Shown piece by piece: positions 34,616-49,400 of a stretch of 64,000 nucleotides of DNA. The notes beneath the pieces are model-generated. The model made no database searches and was not told the DNA's origin. It saw only the letters and a program-made list of their open reading frames with translations. The DNA comes from Dictyostelium discoideum (taxonomy: Eukaryota), in contig CM000155.2 in NCBI GenBank assembly GCA_000004695.1, forward strand, positions 864,001 to 928,000, given 5' to 3'. Each line of letters starts with the position of its first letter. The first letter of the stretch is position 1. The translations under genes were made by a program, and so were the position numbers.

Positions 34616-35220
34616 ATGTCAGAAAAATTTAAACAAAATCGAAGAAAATTTGAATATCAAGGAAGAACTATATATGAATGGGATCAATCAATAGAAGAAA
34701 TTAACATATATATTCAACCTCCACCAGGTTTAACATCTAAAATGGTTGCATGTGAAATTACACCAACTCAATTAATTTTAGGTATTAAAGGTAATCCACC
34801 ATTCATTAATGTAAATATTCATCCCACTCCACACCACTTCACCCCACCCTATCCCCCAAATGTCAACACCTAATTTATAATTATAAAAATAATGATAATT
34901 ATAATAATAAGTTATTCATTCTCGGCTAACCTAAATTAATGTTAATAAAAAAGGAACCATTTTTTTCAACAATAAAACAAAAAGATAGTTTTTGGACTTT
35001 TGAAGATGGTATAATTCATGTTACACTTCAAAAAATGAATAAAGCAGAAACATGGATGGCAGCACTTAAAGGTCATTTAAATCAAAATGAAAGTTTATTA
35101 AATGAAGAGGATAAAAAAAAGATAATGTTAGAAAGATTTCAAGAAGAACATGATGGTTTCGATTTCTCTGGTGCTGAATTCACTGGTAATAATGTACCAG
35201 ATCCAAGAAAATGTAATTGA
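34616..35220 (+). CDS. NudC domain-containing protein 2 (NUDCD2)-like CS-domain co-chaperone. Exons 34616-34810 and 34954-35220, about 153 aa.
   Basis: '...IYEWDQSIEEINIYIQPPPGLTSKMVACEITPTQLILGIKG' and '...FEDGIIHVTLQK...LERFQEEHDGFDFSGAEFTGN' parallel human NUDCD2 ('LERFQKENPGFDFSGAEISGN'). A GTAAAT donor after 34810 and an aaaaaag acceptor before 34954. Confidence 0.75.
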
Positions 35221-35532
35221 TTTTTATATTTCTATTTTTATCATTTTTATTTTTATCATTTTTTATATATATGCTAACATTTTTTCTTTATTATTTACTG
35301 CTTTAGTTTTAGGAGGATTAAAAAAATAATAATAAAGTGATACACACATGTACAATTTAAAATAATAATCATGATTATTGGTGTAGAGACACCCACCTCA
35401 TCGATGCTTCATTTTTTTCATTTTTTTTTATTTTATTTTCCCATTTTTATTTTTTTTTTTTAAATTTCATTTTTATTTTTTTTTTTTTTTAAATTAATTT
35501 TGCTTTTTCACCAACAAATATAAAAATAATAA

Positions 35533-36456
35533 ATGAATAATAGTAATAATATTTTCAAATTTATAACATCAAATATTCAAAAACAAGTTATTTTAAATAA
35601 AAATAATAAAATTTTAAATAAATCATTATATTTAAATAACTATTATTATAATAAAAATATTGAAAATGCTAAAATTATAAATCAAACAGCAACAACAGCA
35701 ACGATAATTGTACCATCATTAAATAATAGAAATAATTTTAACAATATAATTAGAAATTATAGTAATAGAGGTTACCCACATCGTAGATATAATAATAGTA
35801 ACGATGATGATGATGATAATAATGGTAGATTAAACTTTTTACCAAGTAAAGATAATAAGGATTCACTATTGGAGAGAATATCAGGTGTACTTGTAGGACT
35901 TGCATCGGTTGCTTTATTAGTTTATGTATTTTATGATGGAGCTTTTGAAATTGTTATAAATAATTTAATTTTCAAGAAAACAGTTGACACATTAAGATCA
36001 AATGAAAAGGTTCAAGCAGTTTTTGGCCAAGATTTCACTGCTAAAGGTTTAGGTTTTCGTTCAAATGGCTCTTTTAATTATAAACATAGTGTTGATAAAA
36101 ATGGTGATAAAATAGTTTTTGTAAGTATATATTAAATTTAATATATATTACTCACAATTAGTATACTAATATTTATTCTTTAGATTAGTTTTATGATTGA
36201 ATCAGAGAAAGGAAAGATTGGAGTTGTTGAATGTAAATCTGTTAGAACTAGTACATTAGATTTAGAAATTAAAATATTAAAAGTTAAATATGAAAATTAT
36301 AAAACAATTACAATTGTTGATGAAGCATTACCAAAGAAATTTAATAATAAATTAAAGAATTTCCTTTCAATATTTGGTATAACAATTAATAATAATAATG
36401 GGAATGATAATAGTGGTGGTAGTAGTAGTAGTAGTAGTGGTGGATCATCAAATTAA
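35533..36456 (+). CDS. Mitochondrial import inner-membrane translocase subunit TIM21 homolog. Exons 35533-36120 and 36184-36456, about 286 aa.
   Basis: N-rich presequence, then a single TM segment ('VLVGLASVALLVYVFY'), then a C-terminal domain: 'KVQAVFGQDFTAKGLGFRSNGSFNYKHSVDKNGDKIVFV | ISFMIESEKGKIGVVECKSVRTSTLDLEIKILKVKY'. The TIM21 family has '...VIGVFGESVKGYG...KFYIEGSEPGKQGTVYAQV' at this position. GTAAGT donor at 36121, acceptor AG at 36182-83. Confidence 0.65.
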
Positions 36457-36573
36457 TATAAAAATAAAAATATAATATTATTCAATATAATTTAATAAAA
36501 AATAATTAAATTTTATTAATTTTTTGTATTTGTTTTTAGTTCATTTTGTGTTATTATTATTATTTAAATTTTA

Positions 36574-39500
36574 TTACTTTGATTTTGGTTTTGGTTTCGG
36601 TTTGGGTTTTGAAGTTGTTTTTTGTTTCTTTTTAATCTTTTCATCATCTGAAGATATTTCTTCTAGTTCAGATTCAGATTCTTCAGATTCTGGTTCAGAC
36701 TCTTCTTCAGATTCTTCTTCAGGTTCACTTTCATCCTTCTTTTGTCTTTTTGCATTTCTTTTTGTGGTTGTGGTAGTGGTGGTTGTAGATTTCTTTTTTG
36801 TAGGTTTCTTTAATTTTACATTTGATTTTTTATCATTTTTATTTGATAGATTATCTTTTTCTTTAATATTGCCATTATTGTCATTATCATCATCATTGTC
36901 ATCATCTAAAATATTTTTACTAAATTTAGAAGGTACCTGCATACCTTGAATATCATGTTTTTCATTCAATGATAAAAGATGAAAATTTAAAGTATCAATT
37001 TGCTTATTATTTGAAATGATTTCAATATTACCATTATTTGCCAATTGTAAACAAGATGTAAACATTCTACAAACCTCATAAGTTGGTGAATTCTTTGTTA
37101 TTTCACCAAATGGAACAGTTGCTTCTTTATTTATTATTATACAATCATCATCATCTTCTTCTTCATCTTCTTCGGTTTCAATGGTTGGTTTAATGATTTC
37201 TTCTTTTAATTTTTTATTTGTTGTTGCAAAAGGTTTCATACCATTTAAAAATTTATTACCATAAACATGAATATCAAAAGTTGGATGAGAATCTTGTTCA
37301 ATTAGAATTGGTGTTAATCTATTGTTCCAATCATTTACTCTTTGTGATAATGCAGTCTCTCTAACGTATTTGGAAGCACTTTCTAAATATTTCTCAACAT
37401 AGGATCTACATAACTCCTCATAGGTTTGTGTTGGTTTACTTAATTCAATATCAATCCCATTCTCTGATATAAATCTTTCTACTACATGTTCTTCTCCATT
37501 TGAATTACCAAAATTATATTGACTACCACCATTTTGAAATGGTCCATCATGATATTCAATATTATTATTATTATTATTATTATTATTATCACCACCTTCA
37601 TAATCTGAATCGTCACCCCCACCACCACCTAAATCACCATAGTCGTCATCATCGTCATCACCCCATCCCATACCAATACCATCTCCATTATTATCTTCAT
37701 TATTATTATTTTCTTGAGTAAAGAACTGTTCTTCATTATTATTATTATTACTGTCATATTCATCATTTAAATCAAAACCATTATTTTTATTTGCTAATCT
37801 TTGTTTTCTTAAAAGTTGTTTATTTTGTTGAATGTTTTTATTATAAAGATAATTTAATTCTTTAAAGAAACAACCTCTTAATGATAATGATTCATTTGGA
37901 AATGAAATGATTGGTTCTGTTGAAAACGATAATACTTTTTCTACTTTATTAGATTCGATTGTTGGTTTCTCTTTTTTCAATTTCTTTTTTTTATCAGAAT
38001 CTAAAAGATTGAATGGAATATTAAATGTTTTACCCTTTTTGAATGGTCTACTATTATTTTTAACATCTTCATCAAATGGATTTAATAATGCCCATGCATC
38101 TTTTGTTGTTGGTTGAACTTGAGCTTTTTTTCTATTTAATCTATCTTTTTTATCATTTAATTTTGAAGATGATGATGATAAATTATTATTATTATTACCA
38201 TTTTCTTGTAGTGTTGGTGGTAGTGGTGGCGGATTAGTACCATCATTATTGTCATCATGTTTCATACCAATACCATCATTATTATCATCATCATCATCAT
38301 CATCATTATTATCATCATCGCTACTATCTTGACCTGCACCTGCATTCTCAAAACCACTACCATCATCTTTATTATTTTCATTTAAATTTGTATTTGAAGA
38401 AGAGGGTTGTAGGGGGTGTTCTCCATTAGGGGGTAGTAACGAGTCATTACTTTTTTCATTTAACTTTTTAAAGAAATCACCACCACCACCACCGCCACCA
38501 TTCATTTGATAGTTATTATTATTATTATCATCTACATCATCAGTATATTGATTCCTGTGAAAATTTAATGGCTTATTATTTGATAGAAAGTTTTCATTAT
38601 CCAAGAAATCTAAACCTCTTAATACCATTGCACCATTCTTTGATACGATTGCATCATTCATTCTAAAATCACTCCTTTTTAAATCATTCTTTTTACCATA
38701 AATTTCATTACTATTACTTTGAATACTATGAATATCTTTTTCATCCATTTCATTGGTACCACTATCACCATTTAAATCCATCATTAAATTCCTATCAGTT
38801 GAACTACTATTATTCATTAATGCAATTTTATAAGTTGATTCATTTGATACTTGATCATCTTCATTCTCTTTTCTTTTATTTGATTTCATTTTTTTTCTTA
38901 TACCACCATCACCACCACCATCCTCTTCTTCATTCTCACCATCATTTAAATCAATATTATCATCTTCAATTAAAATATCATCTAATGCTAAAAATTCTAC
39001 ATCATCTTCATTTTCAATATCTCTATCAACACCTTCTGAATTAATTGATGTTGCATCTTTTCTTTTTCTAATTTTTTTTTTTTTTTTTTATTTTAAAAAT
39101 AAAATAAAATAAAATAAAATAAATAAAATAAATTGTTATTAAATTAATTCATTTTATATTTGTATATTTATTATTATTATTGTAAAATTTTTAATTACTT
39201 TTTTTGTGCTAATAAATCCAATGTTTGATAAAGTAAACTATATAGGTATTCTACTTTTTTACTATAAATAACTGCTGATCCTTGAATTAATAATGCAGCT
39301 AAATTTTTAAAAAAATAAAATTTATATATATCAGTATGATTTTATTACTTTTTTATTTTTTATTATTTTTTTATTTTTTATTTTTTTTTTTTTTCTTACC
39401 TTCAGCGAAATTTAAAGTTTTTACTTGATTAGTACCTTCAAATGTGAATGAAATTTTATCCAAATCTGATAAATAATCTTCCAATTCTTTTGAAATATCA

Positions 39501-39574
39501 ATTTGCCAATTTTCTGCAAGATCTCTAATTGGTTGAATTAGGTATGAATAATCTTTTGTTGCAGTAACTTCCAT
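36574..39574 (-). CDS. Condensin-II complex subunit H2 (kleisin-beta, NCAPH2) homolog. Exons 39574-39400, 39298-39199 and 39067-36574, about 922 aa, with long poly-N, poly-D and poly-G low-complexity inserts.
   Basis: N-terminus '[33 protein letters not shown]...NFAE|[25 protein letters not shown]' (human NCAPH2: '[33 protein letters not shown]...[25 protein letters not shown]'). C-terminal winged-helix region '[14 protein letters not shown]...[34 protein letters not shown]...[22 protein letters not shown]'. GTAAG and GTAATT donors with AG acceptors. The frame stays open upstream of the track's GTG 'M' at 38889. Confidence 0.85.
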
Positions 39575-39577
39575 CTA

Positions 39578-39608
<31 letters not shown>

Positions 39609-39841
39609 ATGTTATTAAACATCAACTAGTAGTTGATATGTTTTTGATTTAATTTTATTATTATATTTTAAATTTTTTTAATTTTTATTTTTAAAATAGT
39701 AAAACTAATATTTTTATAAAAAATACAGAAAAACAAATTTGTACTTAGTTTTAGAAAAAAAAAAATTTAAAACTAAAAAATTAAAAAAATTATGAAAATT
39801 GAAATTTTTTGGTGGGGAATTTTTAAAAAATTGGCGCCAAA

Positions 39842-39878
<37 letters not shown>

Positions 39879-40349
39879 AGTAAAAGTTTTTATTAATTTA
39901 ATTATTTACAAATGTAAGATATAAAATATCTTAAACTTTATTTACTTGGTATACTTGTAATATTGATCATATTAAGAATATATATTGTAATAATTAATTT
40001 TTTTTATAAAATTAATTTTTATTTTTATTTTCATAATTTTTTTTTTTTATTTTTATTTTTATTTTTTTTCATTTTTTAATTTTTAAAATTTGGGGGGAAA
40101 TTTTATCAGTTATAGTTTTTTTTTTTTTTTTTTTCATTTTTAATTTTTAATTTTTTTAACCCGAACAGATAGATTAAAACAAATAAACACACATAACCCA
40201 CACACACAATTAATATTTTTTTTTTTCTTTTTTTTCTTTTGTAATAACAATTTATCATAATAAATAAAAAAAAAAAAAAAAAAACTAGATAATAAAAAAA
40301 TAAAAAAAATAAAGAAAATTAAAAAAAAAAAAAAAGATAAATAAATAAA

Positions 40350-42031
40350 ATGGATCAACCAACAATTGAAGAATATGAAGAAACTACTACTACTACTGCC
40401 ACTACTACTACAGTCACAAAAAAAGATGAGAAATCAAAAGTAGAAATTGGTGAAGGTGAAGCAGGTATTACATTTGAAGATTATGAGGAAGAAGGTGAAG
40501 AAGAAGGTGAAGAGGAAGGTGAAGAGGAGGAAGAAGAAGAAGAAGAAGAAAAAGATAAAGAAACCATCATTAAAAGTGCAGAGGGAAATGAAAAAGCAGG
40601 TGATCTTTTGATGAAAGAAAAAGATTATTCATCTGCATGTGGTTTATATTGTGTTGCTTTAAAAAATTTGTAATTATTCTCTTTATAGTTAAATAAAATA
40701 AAATAATAATAAAAATAATAAAAATATTAATTAAAATTATTTAAATTAGATCATCAATTTATGGTGCATTATCACCAAAAGTTGCACATTTATATGTTAA
40801 ATATGGTAATTCATTAATTTTAACCTATAAACAAGAAGAATCTGAAAATTTAATGAATTTATTAGGTTCAAAGATTAAAGAAATTGCTGAAAAAGGTGAA
40901 GATTCAACTACCTCTTCAACTACTCCACCACAAACAACTACTACTACAACCACCACCACCACAACTACTACAACTACTACAACCACTCCTACTGAAGATG
41001 CACCAGATAAGAATGCATCAGATAAAAAAAATAGTAAAAAAGAAGAAGAAGAATCTGAAGATATTTCAACTGAAGAATCATCAAAACCTGTAAATAAACT
41101 AAACACAAAAGAAAATGAAGATGATGAAGCAACTCCAATTCAAATCGCTTGGGAAGTTTTAGAAACTGCAAGAGTAATCTATGAAAAAGAAAAAGATAAA
41201 CAAATTGAACTTTCAGATGTACATGTTTCATTAGGTGATTTATTCATTGATTCTGGTAATTTTTAAAATTTTATAAAATTATATATAATTCTAAATTTAA
41301 ATTTAATTTTATTAATAATTTTTAATTTTTATTTTTTAATTTACATATATTTAGATCAAATTGAAAATGCAATTGAAGAATATGATAAAGCATTAAGAAT
41401 TAGAAAAGATATTAGAGATAATGATTTAAGATCAATTGCAGAGATTCATTATGCAATGGGTTTAGCATTCCATGTTGATAATAAAGCACCAATCGCTGAG
41501 AAACATTATAGAACTGCCATTGATTTATTGGGTGATCAATTGAATAAGATACAACAATCATTGAATGGAGAAACTGATACTGATAAATTAAAGAGTTTGG
41601 CTGATGAAATTCAAGAATTGAAAAATATTATCGTTGATCTTCAAGGTAGATTGGATGAAGTTGTTCCAATTGATACCTCAAATGAACCAGTACCAAAAGA
41701 ACTTCAACAGGATGAACAACAACCAGTTTTCTCAACTTCTGCTAGTCAAAATCCAATTAAACCTGGAACTCCAGTTAATACTTTTGGTGTAGTTGGTAAA
41801 TCTGCAAGAAGAAGTATTACACCTCAAACTAATAATAGTAATAGTAGTTCAACTCCTTCAACTCCAAATAAATTTACTCCAATTGAAACAACAACAACTA
41901 CTGCATCCACAACTGAAACCAACAATACTTCAACAACCAATGGTAAGAGAAGACTTGAAGATCTTATGAATGGTGCTCAAGTACCAGAATCATTTTCAAC
42001 AAATTCCGAAGAAAAAAAACAAAAACTATAA
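40350..42031 (+). CDS. NASP / N1-N2 / Hif1-family SHNi-TPR histone H3-H4 chaperone homolog. Exons 40350-40669, 40750-41255 and 41355-42031, about 500 aa.
   Basis: Acidic poly-E tract, then TPR-like motifs 'KAGDLLMKEKDYSSACGLYCVALKNL|SSIYGALSPKVAHLYVKYGNSLILTYKQEES', then 'IAWEVLETARVIYEK...SDVHVSLGDLFIDS|DQIENAIEEYDKALRIRKDI..LRSIAEIHYAMGLAFHVDNKAPIAEKHYRTAIDLL' followed by a coiled coil. The intron boundaries are GTAATT...AG. Confidence 0.75.
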
Positions 42032-42093
42032 ATTATTAAAATAAAATAAAATAAATAATAAATAAAATTTATTCTATGTTTACAATAATTATT

Positions 42094-44415
<2,322 letters not shown>

Positions 44416-44467
44416 TCTATTATTTGTTACTAAAATTTCAATATCATAATAATAAAAACCATATTGA

Positions 44468-45205
44468 TTAAATAATATATTTATTATCTAAAATATATGA
44501 TACCATATTATCTTTATCTTTATTAAATTCCAAACACCATTTTATTGAATTTTTTTTTATATTATTTGTAATTATTTTATTTTTATCATTATTATTATTA
44601 TTATCAATAACTTTATTATTTATATAATTAATTAATAAATTTAATGTTAAAGTTGAAGAGTATTTTATTGAATATTCAATATGATAAGATGTAATTTTAA
44701 AATTTATTATTGATTCTGAAAATAATATTTCTAATAATTGGTTATTATCGGATCTAACAAGAAACATAACATGATCATTTTCAAATTGAAATTGGTATTG
44801 ATTTATTAATAATTTAAAAACTATTAAATGAATGTTTTTAATTTTTGATTGTCCACCAACGATTTTAACAGACTTTATAAAATCTATAATTTCACTTTTT
44901 GTAACTTGTATGAATTGTTTTGTTTCTAATTTATATTTCAATAAATCTAGGCAATTGTTTTTTACCATCCAACCAAATGAATAAATATTTTCAAATTTAA
45001 TTCTATTTTCTGTATAATAATACGTATAGTTTTGAAACTCAATATCCATATTTAGCATTAAATCAAAAATTAATCCATTTAAATATTTGTTTCTAAAAAC
45101 TTTCCAAAATAGTATCTCCCAAATATCCATTGGTATAATTGATTTATTCATTGGTTGAACTATAGATTTATTACTTAGAATATTAATTCCATTTTGTTTT
45201 TCCAT
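44468..45205 (-). CDS. Hypothetical Asn/Ile-rich protein (245-aa ORF with a real ATG at 45205). It is possibly exon 1 of the same gene as 42094-44415, 54 nt upstream in a different frame.
   Basis: Same strand and immediately adjacent. Similar composition. A possible but non-canonical GTGTTT...TAG short intron would join the two frames. This is unverified. Confidence 0.4.
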   Translation of the reverse strand: MEKQNGINILSNKSIVQPMNKSIIPMDIWEILFWKVFRNKYLNGLIFDLMLNMDIEFQNYTYYYTENRIKFENIYSFGWMVKNNCLDLLKYKLETKQFIQVTKSEIIDFIKSVKIVGGQSKIKNIHLIVFKLLINQYQFQFENDHVMFLVRSDNNQLLEILFSESIINFKITSYHIEYSIKYSSTLTLNLLINYINNKVIDNNNNNDKNKIITNNIKKNSIKWCLEFNKDKDNMVSYILDNKYII

Positions 45206-45613
45206 TCACTGGGAAATTAATTAAAAAGTTTATTTTTTAAAGGCTGAACTCTTAAATGAATTAAAATTATAAAAATAGTCGGCTTTTTTTTGTGTGAAAA
45301 ATTGTTTTTTTTTACATAAAAAAAAAAAAAATTAAAAAAAAAAAAAAAAACCAACACCATGCAAATTACTTTTTTCATGTAAAAATTTAAAAAATTTTTA
45401 TAATCTAAAAAAAATTTAAAAAAAATCTAAAAAAAAAAAAAATCTTAATTTACTTTTTAATTTATTTTTATTTTATTTTTTATTTAAATAATCTTTAAAT
45501 TGTAAATAATATTATTTATTCTATTAATTTCTTTTAAAAAAAAAAAAATTTCATTTTATTTAAAAATCATTTACATTACATTAAATAATAAAATAAAAAA
45601 AAAAAAATTAAAA

Positions 45614-45859
45614 ATGACAATAATTGGTAATATTTTTTTTATTTATTATTTTGTTTTATTTAAAAAAAAACTAATTTTAAATTTTAAATTAATTATAATA
45701 ATTATAGCACCAACTACTGGCTCTGTTTCAACTGTTAGTTCTGTATTTAAATATGGTTCAAATAGTATTTCAAGTGGTTCTGATTCTTGTTCTGGTTCTG
45801 GTTCTTATGCATATGGTGTTTCATATGGTGTTCCGAAAATAGGTGTCAGTTTAGGATAA
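45614..45859 (+). CDS. Small Ser/Gly-rich protein, similar to the Dictyostelium hssA/2C/7E-like short-protein class. It may contain an 81-nt in-frame intron at 45627-45707.
   Basis: Real ATG. '...APTTGSVSTVSSVFKYGSNSISSGSDSCSGSGSYAYGVSYGVPKIGVSLG'. GTAATA ... TATAG boundaries are present, but the intron length is a multiple of 3, so both readings are open. Confidence 0.35.
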   Translation: MTIIGNIFFIYYFVLFKKKLILNFKLIIIIIAPTTGSVSTVSSVFKYGSNSISSGSDSCSGSGSYAYGVSYGVPKIGVSLG

Positions 45860-47014
45860 AATGGACTAATCTTATAATTTTTAAACCACTATATTGGGAA
45901 AAGTGTTAAAATTAGCAACCCAAAGAAATCTTGAATTGATGGGTCATCTTGTAGGGGGTAGTGTGTATGAACCAATTAATAAGTGAATTTGACATGTCTA
46001 TTTGTATATTTTTTTATAAATTCATTGTTTCAAATTCCTGGAAAGTCGTATAATTCACTCATGTCCGAGTGATATTGAGTTATAATAATTTGATTTAATA
46101 AATTGAAATCAATTTGAATGTTTATATTTAATATTGAATGAAAAATAGAAAAATATTGAGATTTATTAAATATGGACATGGATTATTCAAACCTATCAAA
46201 ATACATTAGTATTGAAAAAACTGGAAATAGGAGGTGTGGCCATAAATAATTTTTTTTTTTTTTTTTTTGTGTGATAGTATATGTTCAGTTCACAAAAACA
46301 ATTGAAAATATCCTGGCACTAACAATAGCTTTAAAAAAAAAAAAAAAAAATTGGATAAAATATTAAAAAGATGGATATCCATTTTGGATAATTAAAAAAA
46401 ATATGGATGGATAAAGATAATCAAAAAAGACACTTTTTATCCAAAAATGGATATAGGTAAAACACTAGTTTATTAGGAGGAATTTTAGGAGGGAATAAAG
46501 GTTTACTTGGTGGTTTATTAGGTGGTTTTCCAAATGCAAATTTTGGTATCAATGTTGAAAAACTAAAAAAAAAAAAAAAAAAAAAAAAAACCAACCTTTA
46601 CTAAATAAAATTATAACATTACTACTATTTCATAAGCATTCATTTTTTAAAAAATAAAAAAAAATATTTAAAATAAATTATAATAATTTTAAAAAACGTT
46701 GATGATTTTAAAAAATAATTAAAAAAATAAAAAAAAGATAAAAAAATGATTATTTCATGATATATCAATGAAATTAAAGTAATAATTAAGAAAAGACAAA
46801 AAGCTGTGTTTAAAAAAAAAAAAAAAAAAAACAGAAAAATCAATTCTTGATATTTTATCAAAATAAAAAAATATTTGACACAAAAAAAAAAAAAAAAATC
46901 ATAATGAAAATAAAAAAAAACAAAAAAAAAGTTATAATACTAATAATAATAATAATAATAATAATAGTAATAATAATATAATAATAATAGTAGTAATAAT
47001 ATAATAATAATAAA

Positions 47015-47258
47015 ATGTCTACAACCAATACAAATAATTTATTTTCATATGAAAAATATACGAAACCTGAAGGTTATGATTATGATGAATGTGATGATTC
47101 CTCTGATGGCAGTGATGGTAATGATTATCTAGATAATGAATCTTTCACAGTAAACAAAAATTATAAAAATAATGGTGGTGGTAGTGGCATTTCAAAACCA
47201 AAAAAGAAACAACCATCGCAACCATTGCAAGAACAAGAACAACAACAACAAGAACAAG

Positions 47259-47329
<71 letters not shown>

Positions 47330-47794
47330 ACATTAGAAACTTCAGAAAATTTAACAACAACAACAGAGAAATCATCAAAAACTAATAAAAAACAAAACAA
47401 ACATGAAGAATTAAATGAAACAATAGAAGAAACAAATAAAACAAAGAAATTAACAAAATCAGAGGTACAATCAATTATAGATGATGAAATTGAAAATAAG
47501 AAAAAAGAGAGGTTACCTTCAAGTGAAGAAGTTTATAACCGTATTTTATATGACCATTTATTAAAGGATAAAATGGATGATTTTACCATATTCTATGAAG
47601 ATCGTTTCGATGGTTTAAAGAAAGCTGCTTTTAAATCTTTCGAATTTGGTGTTGTACCCTTACATAGAATTAAAAAATTTAGTTATTTAAATACAATAGT
47701 TTGGGATCGTACCGAAAGAATTTATGATTTCTCAATATTTGATTGTATTAATAATAATAATAATGAAAATAATGAAAATAATGAAAATATATAA
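47015..47794 (+). CDS. Protein with a C-terminal MJ1316/DUF504-type (RNA cyclic-group end recognition) domain and an N-terminal acidic/poly-Q region (259 aa).
   Basis: C-terminus 'EEVYNRILYDHLL...FTIFYEDRFDGLKKAAFKSFEFGVVPLHRIKKFSYLNTIVWDRTERIYDF' fits the DUF504 pattern (Y.DR..g....f....IPlHRI......vWdR..Ri). A (CAA)n tract encodes Q38. Confidence 0.5.
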
Positions 47795-47882
47795 ATAAAT
47801 TAAAAAAAAAAAATATATATTCATTTATTTATTCATTCATTATTTAATTTTACACATTATTTTTTTTTTTTTATTTTTATTT

Positions 47883-47932
47883 TTAGTAAGCATAGATTCT
47901 AGTATGTCTTCTTGAATCGCAACTACTATTAC

Positions 47933-48007
<75 letters not shown>

Positions 48008-48856
48008 CGTGACTATTGTTATTATTGTTGTTATTGTTATCATTATTATTATTATTTGTGTTGAAAATTTCATTACTTGAGGAAGTGATAGTTGTAGAAG
48101 AAATTTGTTGTAATTGTTGAATTTCTTGTTTCATTAAAAATAATTTATAATTGTTTTTATTCCTAAAGTGAGGTGGAGGAGAATTTGATTCACTCTTTGA
48201 TGAAGTAAACATACCAGTGAATTCTATATTATCGTGAATTCTAAGTACATGTAATTGTAATGAATCTTGTTGTAAATTTTGATCATCTTGTTGAATTTTC
48301 ATTCCATTACTAGAATTATTATTATTATTATTATTGTTTAGTTTATGTTGATTATTATTTTGATTATTATTTAAAGTTAAAGTATAGATGAAAGACCAAC
48401 CACTATCACCACCTGTTAATTTAAATTTTAAAGATTGACCATTAAAAGAGATAAATTCAGCCTCAAATTTATTTTTAGTATATTCAACGATGAAATTTAA
48501 ACCGTTGAAAGAGACTTTGGTTGAATTTAAAACTTGAACATCACACCACTGTTCGTGCCATGTACCAATGAATTGTGAAACTGATTTAATGGTTTGTAAT
48601 TCTTGAATGTAAACTTGTTTACATTGTTGAGTGTTTAATAGTTTTGGAAATTCATTCAATTGGAAATGATAACAAAAATTGAATCGAATCATTGGATAAA
48701 ATCCTCTCCATATCCAATCATCTTCTGCTAACACTCTAAATGAATAACAAACTCTACTTAAACAACATAATTCTATTGGTGTTAAATATGATAAAATATA
48801 TAATAATATATCATATGGTAATTCTTCACAAATTGTTAAATTTCTTTTTTTTGAAT
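47883..48856 (-). CDS. F-box domain protein. Its terminal exon is 48856-47883; the first exon and ATG are unresolved.
   Basis: 'LPYDILLYILSYLTPIELCCLSRVCYSFRVLAEDDWIW' is a canonical F-box. The track's 'M' at 48734 is a GTG. The frame is open up to the acceptor CTATTTTTAG at 48857-66. The C-terminal half is poly-N-rich. Confidence 0.65.
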
Positions 48857-49099
48857 CTAAAAATAGAAAAAAAAAATGAAAAAAAAAAAAAAAAAAAATG
48901 AAAAAAAAAAAATAAAAATAGAAAAATAATAAAAAAAAGGGTTAGTTGGTAATTATTTAATTATTTATTTTTATTTTTATTTTTTTATTTTTATTTTTAT
49001 TGGTCAATAAAAAATTATTTTAATAATTACTATAGCAATATAAATTTTCTTTCATTATAATATCCATTTTTGAAATAACAATAATAATAATTTTCCAAT

Positions 49100-49131
<32 letters not shown>

Positions 49132-49320
49132 GTTGAATAGAAAAATAAAATTAAAAAAAAAAAAACAAAAACAAAAAGGAAATTAAAAAGACCTTTGTTT
49201 TTTTTTATATAATTAATATATTTTTATATTTTTTAAAAAATTATTTATTTAATTTTTTCAATTTTTTTTTTTTTTTATATAATTATTTTTTTATAATTCT
49301 AAAAAGAAAAAAAAAAAAAA

Positions 49321-49400
49321 AAAAGTTTGGGGTGGGGAAAAAGGAGGTGTTTTTTTTTGGGGTGAAAGGGAAAAAAAAAAAAAAAGGGGTGGTTAAGGAT
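49321..49400. promoter_or_regulatory. Cluster of G-rich boxes (TTTGGGGTGGGG, TTGGGGTG, AAAGGG, GGGGTGG). They resemble Dictyostelium G-box / GBF-type (CAE) regulatory elements.
   Basis: A GC island in a run of poly-A/T exceeding 95% A+T. It lies about 470 bp upstream of the minus-strand F-box gene, whose upstream side is at higher coordinates. Confidence 0.3.

Noticed and set aside
40825-41231. Overlapping ORFs in several frames across the poly-T/poly-Q, poly-N and poly-E tracts (40825-41106 minus, 40884-41093 plus, 40989-41231 minus, 44271-44471 plus poly-Y, 47145-47400 minus poly-V/poly-C, 47840-48073 minus poly-I, 51851-52771 minus, 55099-56754 minus, 57457-57669 minus poly-Y, 37500-37721 plus, 38799-39044 plus)
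   Set aside because: These are alternative-frame or antisense readings of trinucleotide repeats (CAA/AAT/GAA) inside well-supported genes, so they are frame artefacts of low-complexity DNA.
46380-46560. Possible second hssA-like Gly-rich small gene ('TSLLGGILGGNKGLLGGLLGGFPNANFGINVEKL') with repeated ATGGAT(A) motifs upstream
   Set aside because: No in-frame ATG is present. The only GT...AG arrangement would give a 12-nt intron, and the frame runs into a poly(A) tract. It may be a gene fragment or pseudogene, but it cannot be supported as a feature.
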